A stretch of 63,955 bases of DNA, the filler included, from Octopus bimaculoides (taxonomy: Eukaryota): assembly GCF_001194135.2 (NCBI RefSeq). It is 6 parts of 4 records of this genome, joined end to end, with 100 filler letters (N's around TTAATTAATTAA, not from the genome) between each part and the next. Parts side by side here need not be neighbours in the genome. Positions count along the whole stretch, not along the records: positions 53,715 to 60,124 come from NC_068986.1; positions 60,225 to 62,458 come from NC_068986.1; positions 62,559 to 63,955 come from NW_026305473.1; 3 more parts are not named here. The stretch is one strand, 5' to 3'. Below, piece by piece: positions 53,818 through 63,955 of this stretch. The position numbers were made by a program, and so were the translations under genes. The notes below the pieces were generated by a model. The model saw nothing but the letters and a program-made list of their open reading frames with translations, was not told the DNA's origin and ran no database searches. How positions within the stretch are numbered: position 1 is the first letter of the stretch; every line of letters starts with the position of its first letter.

Positions 53818-54678
53818 GGAATCAAACATTCAATGATGAGGGAAAGGATCAGAAAAGAATGTTATCGTAGAGTAAGGACAATAATCAAAGCAACGCTGAA
53901 TGCAAGAAACAGGATCGAAGTGATCAATACTTTAACAATACAGTTTGTGACTTACATTTTCAAAATCATTAATTGGTCTATTACTGAAATATGTAATCTT
54001 GACAATGCAGCATCCTAAGGCAGATATAGAACGACTTTACCTGCCAAGAAAATGTGGTGGCCGTGGACTTTTACGGCTGGAATTAACAATGGAGATTGCT
54101 ACAATTGTCCTAAACACCCACCCGAAAAACTCTGATGAGAGGATGTTAAGACTTGTCTTAAAGCACGAAAACAAGAAAACATCGTACTCAGTAACAAAAC
54201 AGGCAAAAGAATATCGAAGTGAATTCCAAATGCAACAAGTCTCAGAATTAGACGTACCGGAAACAAGCACAGAAAAAGCTAAGCGTATGAAAACCCGTGC
54301 TAAAACTGCTGCCTTAGATATTCTTACTGACATATGGTAAGAAAAACCTCTCAATGGCAAATACCCAAAGTGAGCTAATAATGCCGATGTTGACAAAGCC
54401 CTTACCATCAATGGATAGTGGCTTCTGGCTTGGAATCAGAAACAGAAGAGTTTATTATAGCAGCCCAAGATCATTGCCTACCTACAAGAAGCTACCAGGC
54501 CAACATATTAAAGAACGGCAGTAGCCCAACATGTCGTGTTTGTAAAAAAACAAAATGAAACCATTGATTATGTTGTCTCCATGTGCAGCCTTCTTGAGCC
54601 TGCAGAGTATCTCAACAGGCATGATAGAGCTGCACAGTATATTCACTGGGTAATTTGCAAAAACCTGGACCTACCCCA
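53816..54678 (+). mobile_element. 5'-truncated R4/Dong-like retrotransposon
   Basis: ECYRRVRTIIKATLNARNRIEVINT, HPKADIERLYLPRKCGGRGL, CRVC...ETID knuckle region, RHDRAAQYIHWVIC; begins right after (AAT)n. Confidence 0.9.
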
Positions 54679-54679
54679 A

Positions 54680-55070
54680 AAGGATTAAATCGATTACATC
54701 GATCCCAGTGCGTAACTGGTATTTAATTTATCGACCCCGAAAGGATGAAAGGCAAAGTCAACCTTGGTGGAATTTGAACTCAGAACGTAAAGACAGATGA
54801 AATACCGCTAAGCATTTCGTCCGGCATGCTAACGTTTCTTATTTGTTTATTGCTTACAAAGGGCTAAACATAGAGGAGACAAACAAGGACAGACGAAGAG
54901 ATTAAGACGATTACATCTACCCCAGTGCGTAACTGGTATTTAATTTATCGACCCCGAATTGATGAAAGGCAAATTCGACCTCGGCGGAATTTGAACTCAG
55001 AACGGAAAGACAGACGAAATACCGCTAAGCACTTCGCCCAGCGTGCTAACGTTTCTGCCAGCTCGTCGCC
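54680..55070 (-). mobile_element. Two tandem SINE family B copies truncating the R4-like element
   Basis: Blocks 54680-54838 and 54839-55070 both contain ATCGACCCCGAA...GATGAAAGGCAAA...GAATTTGAACTCAGAAC. Confidence 0.9.
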
Positions 55071-55769
55071 TATCCAACATAATTAAATTCATTTATTTCC
55101 TTTTACTTCCTGTTAGTAATTTCAATATATAGCTATAGATTATCATCTTTCATTTTATTTAGAAGGCAATAAGCTAAAAGCCACAGTGAACTACTTAATA
55201 TTACTTATCTATTATTTTACATCTCATTCTCATAGATTTATCTATATTTATCTTTCTAGCGAAACTTTTTTATCTTTGTACAAAATGAAATATCTTCCCG
55301 CAATGATGTGTTGCTTTCTATGCGCTTGTATCACACTACAATTCATTTAGATTTCGTATTTCCATTTTTCACCTGACTTACAAGAATAATTAGTCACATT
55401 TGCGTATGTTGTTAGACATTGCGATTAACCTAAGAAATACGCGGCAGGTACGTAAGCAGATAGATAGATAGATAGATAGATAGATCGATAGATATATAGA
55501 CAGATGTGTGTGCATCTTTGTTTTCCACTACCACTGCTTCACAACCGGGGTTGACGTGTTTATATGACCGCAAATAGCGTTTCGGGAAAGGTGATCGATA
55601 AGATAAGTAACATGCATGTAAAAAAATGTATATATCTGCTGGGTTCGATTCATTCTACAAAACTTTTCAAAGCAGCGCTCCAGCATGGTCGTGGCATAAT
55701 GACCGAAACAAATGAAAGGCTAATGATACATATATATGTATATATATGTGTGTGCGTGTATGTGTGTGG

Positions 55770-55908
55770 TACGAAACTTGCTTTCCAACCACATGGTCCT
55801 GGGTTCAGTGCCACCGCATGTCACCGTGGGCCAGTGACCTCTTCTATAGCCTCAGCCCAACCAAATCCTTGTGAGTGGATTCGGTAGATAGAAACTGAAA
55901 GAAGTCCG

Positions 55909-55948
<40 letters not shown>

Positions 55949-56460
55949 NNNNNNNNNNNNNNNNNNNNNNNNNNNNNNNNNNNNNNNNNNNNNNNNNNNN
56001 NNNNNNNNNNNNNNNNNNNNNNNNNNNNNNNNNNNNNNNNNNNNNNNNNNNNNNNNNNNNNNNNNNNNNNNNNNNNNNNNNNNNNNNNNNNNNNNNNNNN
56101 NNNNNNNNNNNNNNNNNNNNNNNNNNNNNNNNNNNNNNNNNNNNNNNNNNNNNNNNNNNNNNNNNNNNNNNNNNNNNNNNNNNNNNNNNNNNNNNNNNNN
56201 NNNNNNNNNNNNNNNNNNNNNNNNNNNNNNNNNNNNNNNNNNNNNNNNNNNNNNNNNNNNNNNNNNNNNNNNNNNNNNNTGTGTGTGTGTGTGTGTGTGT
56301 ATACATATTTGTGTGCCTGTGTTTGTCCCCCTACCATCACTTGACCACCGATGCTGGTGTGTTTACTAGGCTTACAAAGAATAAGTCCTGGTGTCGATTT
56401 GTTCAACTAAAGGCAGTGCTCCAGCATGGCTGCAGTCAAATGGCTGAAACGAAAAAAAGA
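55770..56460 (+). mobile_element. SINE family A split by an expanded internal microsatellite and gap
   Basis: Head to GAAAGAAGTCCGTC, (TA)n, N gap, (TG)n, then tail ...GTGCTCCAGCATGGCTGCAGTCAAATGGCTGAAAC. Confidence 0.85.
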
Positions 56461-59101
56461 AGAAAAGAAGAAAAGAATATATGAAGATATATATGGTATT
56501 CAAGATGTTGCAGGGCACTTGAACAGTAAAGAGAGTCAAGATATGCTGCCCAGAGTTTTCTAGCTGGAATATTTATCTGTTTCGCCATTTCTCAATCTCA
56601 TGTCAACATTATGTGTTGGCAACTCTGTATGAGGTAGGTGATATTTTAAGGAGCAGACATGGTTTGAAAAGAACAAAAAGAGCAAAAATAAAAAAAAACT
56701 TAGAGCGATCAAAGTGATAAAAACCACTGAAGAAGATATAGAGCCGGACTCTTATAAGCGACAACAATTTTGTAAAGCAATACGGGAAGTACAAAAGAAA
56801 CACAAACAGTACAATGGGTATTCGAATTATAGAGGAAACAATAGAAACGAAATTTTCTCACCATGTTCGTACTGTACGAAATACATTTTGGCGGTAATTA
56901 AAGATAAACCGCCATAAATCATAACTTATCAATTTGATTGCTATTCTATCGTAGACCAGTCAGCGAATTTATTACCCCCTGCGACATCAAGTTTGTTTGT
57001 GACATATATATTGATTTTAACCGAAAGTTTCTTTCTTTCTCACCACATGGATGCGCAAAAGCCTCAACATTGATAACTGTCCTATATCTTAATTTCTACT
57101 GCAATTCAAATAACTTTCAAAANNNNNNNNNNCACATAAATATAAATACCTTCGTTTTGGGATCACCACCATTTTGTTATCTCCCCTTCTTCCTAGCTCT
57201 CCTGTTTGACCCCCCTGTCACAGACACACAAATACATAGATACATACATACGTACACACACACACACACACACACACATACACACACACAAACACACACA
57301 CACACACATATATACCACGGGCTTATGCCGCCGAAACGCGACTATGAAACCGAATAGGTGTCGACTCTAATGTTAACTGCGTCAAACTCACAGAGTCTAT
57401 TGTACAGGCAAGTTGTCAGTTTTCTATGGCGGGTTATGACGTAATACAAAGTGCACAAAAATAATAATAGAAAAAAATGGGTATAACTTGATGCTACTTT
57501 ATTTCTATTGTTAAATGTGTACTCAGACACACACATACACTCTCATTCAACATGGGCACACACATACACACACGCGCGCGCGCGCACAAACACGCATAAA
57601 CAATATTCGTGTATTGTCTACATAGGTTATATGTATGCGGGCGAATGTACAAAAAATAGCCACAGTCATTGTTTTATAGAAACTCAAATCTTAAAACACA
57701 ATCGTCCCAATGTTTTTACTCCACTTTGTTTTGCATCTATTTGATGATGTTACGCTATATACACATACAGATATGCATATACATACATGCATAAATTCGC
57801 ATACATACATACACATGCATAAATGCGCATACATGCGTGCATGGATTCGTACATACATACATGCATACATACATACATACATACATATATACATACATGC
57901 ATATAAACATACATTGACACACATTGATAGATAAAGCTAGAAATCGATATAGCTATATGTGTATATGTGTGTATATATATGTACACACATATATCTATAC
58001 ATACATATATATAAATGTGTGTGTGTGTATATTTATATATCTAAACATACACACATATCTGTACACACGCACACACACACATACATATGTGTATGTATGT
58101 ATAAATATACATACATATGCATATATTGGTTATGATAAAAATAATGTAATTTAGAATAAATGAACAAATTGTTCCTCAGATTATTTGAATACCTGTGCAA
58201 AAAGACTTCAAATTATCCTAGGAAATGAAATGAAACGGAATGAAATAAAATTCAATGAAATAAAGTGGAATATTTAGGCTATTGCTTTTAAGAATTTTTC
58301 GTCAAGCGTTCGAGAATGCTTATGCTTCTACTGGAGGGAAGAAGTTCAATTTCCTTTATGCACAAAAATGTAGGCTCAGATTCTTAAATGTAATAATGTA
58401 AATATTCTAATTTATTTTATTCATTTATTTTTTTTTATCTTTTAAATCGTTCAATTTCATTGAACAATTCGAAGACTTTCTGTACCTGCACGTAAATAAA
58501 CTAAGGAACATTTCTTTTATATTTTTCTGTACGCTTCTGAAACGCTTTATTCTTCTTTCTCTCTCACTCTACACACGCACGCATACACATGTACACATGT
58601 ATATATATTTATGCATATATATACAAACCTACACACTCGCATACGAAAATGCGTATGTGTGTGTGAAAGAGCGAGATGGTTGCATAATATTATTTTATAG
58701 GTGAATAATGTAAGGAAGTTGGTTAAGCATTATTTCTGTAGAAACTTCTTTCATTCAATAACTACATGTTTAAGAAAAACAATTCCAAAAGTGAACATCG
58801 TTCGCAGCCATACGCGTTCAATATAAAATTTCTTGAACTATATTTAAAGTACCAATGCCTTCCATTAATTCATAACATTTTGACTATAAATTCCTTCAAC
58901 CGCGCCATTATCTTCTTTCGATTGGAAAGGTTGCACAGGTCAAAATATATGGACATCAATAAAGAATAACTCGTTTCAATATAACACACACACACGCGTA
59001 CGCATGCATACACATACGCACACAGACACACACGCAATCACACACATTCTCACGCACACATACACTCGAACACGCATACGCTCACGTACGCATATATAAT
59101 A

Positions 59102-59760
59102 CGAAGGTCGGCTGATAAGTTCCTAGGCTGACGAAAATACTCTCATGGAATCCGACCAAATAAGGTTTATTTTTCAACGTAGCCCTCACGCTTATTTCAT
59201 TGGCGTTGCAGTACTTGGATCGCCCTGGTGAAGAAGCTATCATTCTATTGGTCATAACAGTCATCAACAGCAGATATGACGTCATCATCATTGCGATACT
59301 GTTAGGGAACATATGATAATTAGATGGGACCAAATCAGGAGAATAGGGACGCCGATCAACCAGTTCGAAGCCATTGGCACGCACAGCGGTTATTGAAATC
59401 AAGGATTGGTGTGCTGGAGCATTGCTTTGAAGAAACAAGGCTTTCTTTGTCATTCTTCCTGGACGTTTCTATTTCACAGACTTTCGTAGCTGCCTCAGCA
59501 AGCTGGCATAATTCTCTCCATTTATGGTGTGGCTGTTTTGAAGATTAACACAATGCCTTTAACATCTCACCAAACTGAGGCCATCACCTTCCATACAGGT
59601 GAAACGACTCTGGCCATCTTTGGAGCAGGTGAGGAGGATGTTTTCACTATGAGGATTATCTCTTTGTCTCTGGCTCAAAATGGTAAAGCCAACAGCTGGA
59701 TGCCAAATTTTGGCCATTTTCAAAATAAGTCGCTACTAGTTTTCTCTGAAGAGCTAGATA
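59102..59760 (-). mobile_element. Mariner 3' half with terminal repeat
   Basis: LQSNAPAH...RPYSPDLVPSNYHMFP and SPAPKMAR...KVMASV; terminus TA|CGAAGGTCGGCTGATAAGTTCC. Confidence 0.88.
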
Positions 59761-59790
59761 TCTGTTTACCTGGAAAGAAATAATGCAATG

Positions 59791-60124
59791 GGCGCAGGAG
59801 TTGCTGTGTGGTAAGTAGCTTGCCTACCAACCACATGGTTCTGGGTTCAGTCCCACTGCGTGGCACCTTGGACAAGTGTCTTCTACTATAGCCTCGGGCC
59901 GACCAAAGCCTTGTGAGTGGATTTGGTAGACGGAAAACTGAAAGAAGCCTGTTGTATATATGTATACATATATGTGTATGTGTGTGTATATGTTTGTGTG
60001 TCTGTGTTTGTCCCCCCAACATCGCTTGACAACCGATGCTGGTGTGTTTACGTTCCCGTAACTTAGCGGTTCGGCAAAACAGACCGATAGAATAAGTACT
60101 AGGCTTCCGAAGAATAAGTCCTGG
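59791..60124 (+). mobile_element. SINE family A, young, cut by a spacer
   Basis: GGCGCAGGAGTTGCTGTGTGGTAAGTAGCTTGCC...AATAAGTCCTGG. Confidence 0.92.
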
Positions 60125-60224
60125 NNNNNNNNNNNNNNNNNNNNNNNNNNNNNNNNNNNNNNNNNNNNTTAATTAATTAANNNNNNNNNNNNNNNNNNNN
60201 NNNNNNNNNNNNNNNNNNNNNNNN
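60125..60224. other. Artificial contig-joining spacer
   Basis: N44-TTAATTAATTAA-N44. Confidence 0.95.
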
Positions 60225-60265
60225 TATATATATATATGTAAGTATATACAAACACGAACACACAG

Positions 60266-60298
<33 letters not shown>

Positions 60299-61149
60299 TG
60301 TATTATGCTTCTCTGTGTGTGCATCAGTGTGTGTGTGTGTGCACATCAATCACGTAAATCTTCTGCTCAATAATGACCACATAACCCAGAAGCATATTAT
60401 AAAAAGTCAAACTTGAGAAAAGTGATTGTTAAACAAACGCAAACAAGGCGAAAGCACGAAGTAAGAAGTATGAAACACGAAAGACGCCGGGTTGAAGGAT
60501 GCAAAAGGAAAGAGATACAAATCTAAATTATGGCTTTCACCAATAAAAGTTTATCTTGTTTTCTGATTAAAACGCTTTGTCCGAAGAAGAGAAGATATAA
60601 TCCAATTGCATGCCATCGAGCGCAACCAAAGTAATTCATTAGCTGTTTGAATTGTGATAGATTTTGAGATTGGTTGATGGAAGAAGCTAAAACAGGAAGT
60701 GCTTACTAGCAAAGGTGGAAATCACTGCCGAACCAAACAAGCGATGTATTAGTTGTTTGCATGAGTGCTGGAATAAGCGGGTGGGTGGTGGCGGACTTCA
60801 AGAATGATAGGCTGGCTAGTGGTGTATTTCTGTTTTTCTCTTTCGTTATTGGCAGCCATCATTGTTTAGATGATATATCATAGTCAACATTGACCATCGC
60901 CACACACACACACACACACACACACAAAAAAACACAGAGAATCATATCAGTTAAAACAACAATAATGATACCAACAACAACAACAACAGCAATAGTAATA
61001 ACAGTAGTAATAACAACAATAACAATTTGACAGAAGCAAATCAATCGAAATTCAGATTCGATACTTCAAAATACCTTTCATTAATAATGTCCGTCGAATA
61101 GACTTAACAGGAAATCTGCCAGGCCATTATTTCTACTACTCTTCTTCTT

Positions 61150-61229
61150 CTCGTTGAACTTGTTATTGTTATTATTGTTGTATCATTATGGTATTGTTGT
61201 TGCTGTTGTTGTTGTTTTTATTACTATTA

Positions 61230-61263
<34 letters not shown>

Positions 61264-61303
61264 CATCATCATCATCATCATCATTTTTGTTGTTATTATT
61301 ATG

Positions 61304-61374
<71 letters not shown>

Positions 61375-61445
61375 CATCTTTAACATGACCAACATCATTA
61401 TTTAAACGCAGTTGCCACACGAGTGTCTGCAGAAGATTTACATAC

Positions 61446-61521
<76 letters not shown>

Positions 61522-61575
61522 GCACATGCACACACACACACACACACATACACACACATACACACTCGCACGCGC
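61150..61575. repeat. Compound (TTA/CAT/GTT)n then (CA)/(TA)n microsatellites
   Basis: Seen directly in the sequence. Confidence 0.95.
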
Positions 61576-62255
61576 ACGAACAGAAAGACAGACAGGCTGA
61601 CAGGTAGGCAGGCTGACAGGCAGACAAACCGACAGACAAACAGTGAAAAGAGAAAAGAGAACTAATTTGCATCATATTTTATATTCGCCTTGAAGATTTC
61701 AAAGAACTTGTTGGTATTATTAACTCCTGTCATCTTGATAGACAATTCATTTTCATTCATCTTCGTTTCCCACGACATTTGTTTGAACTTGTTCTTCCAT
61801 TTTCTATCTTATACTTTCTAACATGTTTTGTGAATTGCGTATATTGTTTCCCCTGCTGTTCGTTTTTATCGTCTTTTTTTTTCTCTCTGATCAAGGAAAG
61901 ACATCACAGATGGAAAAACAAGATTAAAATTTCGAGAGGTGCATCATATTTCTAAAAGCCTGACATATAGATATGATATCTGTCTTTTTGAAAAATTGTA
62001 CATAATAAAGCATTCGACCACAAATGTTTCTGAAGACAGCCATACATTACGCACAAAGAGCTCAAGAAAAATAGCTTTGTCAGACAGTAAGTAACCCATT
62101 TTATTTTATTCTTTGGTCAAGAGAGAAGTCAATGTCCTTGATGCTCTGCAGGGCCTCTGAGACTGGTGAGTGGGAAGAAGAGAAAGGGCCGAGACGAAGA
62201 TATCCTTAACAGAGAACATGGTCTGAATGCCTGCAATAGAGTGATCTTTGCTAAA

Positions 62256-62425
62256 GCGCAGGAGTGGCTGTGTGGTAAGTAGCTTGCTTACCAACCACAG
62301 GGTTCCGGGTTCAGTCCCACTGAGTGGCACCTTGGGCAAGTGTCTTCTACTATAGCCTCGGGCCGACCAAAGCCTTGTGAGTGGATTTGGTAGACGGAAA
62401 CTGAAAGAAGCCCATCGTATATATG

Positions 62426-62458
<33 letters not shown>
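62256..62458 (+). mobile_element. SINE family A 5' half, young
   Basis: GCGCAGGAGTGGCTGTGTGGTAAGTAGCTTGCTTACC...GAAAGAAGCCCATCG, then (TG)n. Confidence 0.92.
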
Positions 62459-62558
62459 NNNNNNNNNNNNNNNNNNNNNNNNNNNNNNNNNNNNNNNNNN
62501 NNTTAATTAATTAANNNNNNNNNNNNNNNNNNNNNNNNNNNNNNNNNNNNNNNNNNNN
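62459..62558. other. Artificial contig-joining spacer
   Basis: N44-TTAATTAATTAA-N44. Confidence 0.95.
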
Positions 62559-62667
62559 TCCACTCATGAAAACTCTTTAATCATCAACAATCTGGCTGTC
62601 ATGGTTACGCTTTTATAATGAAGAGGTCTCAACACTGAAACATGTCTGGAGTTGTCTCTCTATTGCT

Positions 62668-63843
62668 AAATTCATTCATTCACCATATGATGAAGGAATA
62701 TCAAATTCATTCCTTCACCATATGCTGAAGGAATATGAAATTCATTCCTTCACCAAATGCTGAAGGAATATGGAATTCATTCCTTCACCATATGCTGAAA
62801 GAATATCAAATTCATTCCTTCACCAAATTCTGAAGGAATATGAAATTCATTCCTTCACCAAATGCTGAAGGAATATGGAATTCAGTCCTTCACCATATGC
62901 TGAAANNNNNNNNNNNNNNNNNNNNNNNNNNNNNNNNNNTCTGAAGGAATATGAAATTCATTCCTTCACCAAATGCTGAAGGAATATGGAATTCAGTCCT
63001 TCACCATATGCTGAAAGAATATCAAATTCATTCCTTTACCAAATTCTGAAGGAATATGGAATTCAGTCCTTCACCATATGCTGAAGAAATATGAAACTCA
63101 TTCCTTCACAAAATACTGAAGGAATATGAAATTCATTCCTTCACCATATGCTGAAGGAATATGAAACTCATTCCTTCACCATATGCTGAAGGAATATGGA
63201 ATTCATTCCTTCACCATATGTTGAAGGAATATGAAATTCATTCCTTCACCATATGCTGAAGGAATATGGAATTCATTCCTTCACAAAATACTGAAGGAAT
63301 ATGAAATTCATTCCTTCACCATATGCTGAAGGAATATGAAACTCATTCCTTCCCCATATGCTGAAGGAATATGAAATTCATTCCTTCATCATATGCTGAA
63401 GGAATATGAAATTCATTCCTTCACCATATGCTGAAGGAATATGGAATTCATTCCTTCACAAAATACTGAAGGAATATGAAATTCATTCCTTCACCANNNN
63501 NNNNNNTATGGAATTCATTCCTTCACAAAATACTGAAGGAATATGAAATTCATTCCTTCACCATATGCTGAAGGAATATGAAACTCATTCCTTCACCATA
63601 TGCTGAAGGAATATCAAATTCATTCCTTCACCAAATGCTGAAGAAATATGAAATTCATTCCTTCACCATATGCTGAAGGAATATCAAATTCATTCCTTCA
63701 TCATTTGCTGAAGGAATATCAAATTCATTCCTTCAACAAATGCTGAAGGAATATGGAATTCATTCCTTCACCATATGCTGAAGGAATATGAAATTCATTC
63801 CTTCACCAAATGCTGAAGGAATATGAAATTCATTCCTTCACCA
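62668..63843. repeat. 35-bp palindromic satellite/minisatellite, about 30 units
   Basis: Unit CTGAAGGAATATGAAATTCATTCCTTCACCATATG at an exact 35-bp period (62941, 62976, 63011...). Confidence 0.97.
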
Positions 63844-63955
63844 TTCCCTCTCTCTCTCTCCCTCTCTCCCTCTCTCTCTCTCTGTCTCTCTCGTAGTTTT
63901 TCCTAAAGGTTTTCAGGTTCTGGGTATATATAAATGAGAAATCCATTCTAAATTA

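Noticed and set aside
59791-59870. tRNA genes
   Set aside because: The A/B-box-like segments are SINE heads that continue into SINE bodies; there is no cloverleaf.
62941-62975. Hammerhead core within the satellite unit (CTGAAGGA...GAAA)
   Set aside because: CTGAAGG does not fit CUGANGA, and stems I and III cannot be formed in the required positions.
62668-63843. CRISPR array
   Set aside because: The palindromic repeats are separated by only about 8 nt of near-identical linker, with no unique spacers and no cas genes, in a eukaryotic context.

Overview
AT-rich eukaryotic genomic DNA dominated by transposable-element remnants, tRNA-derived SINEs and microsatellites. The repeat repertoire matches what I recall for coleoid cephalopods (Octopus); this is inference, not a database result. 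The window is not one continuous locus. Five identical 100-bp spacers (N44-TTAATTAATTAA-N44, stops in all six frames) join six separately assembled pieces: 1-23223, 23324-37088, 37189-53614, 53715-60124, 60225-62458 and 62559-63955. Recognisable elements: (1) an intact, window-truncated ORF missing from the ORF track (543->1, probable non-LTR ORF1) with a decayed paralogue at about 9.2-9.8 kb; (2) a 53-bp-stem hairpin just upstream of it; (3) a decayed two-LTR Ty3/Gypsy element; (4) Penelope-like GIY-YIG and hammerhead-like remnants; (5) a full-length decayed mariner with TIRs and TA TSD, plus other Tc1/mariner pieces; (6) a TTAA-flanked piggyBac-like MITE with a nested SINE; (7) R4/Dong-like retrotransposon pieces abutting (TAA)n; (8) several SINE families; (9) a palindromic 35-bp satellite with 5-unit higher-order periodicity. 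No host gene can be named; only isolated candidate exons are visible. I found no convincing novel multi-gene system. The best leads are the ORF1-like family with its hairpin, the palindromic satellite, the TAA-targeted retroelements and the CpG contrast between pieces.
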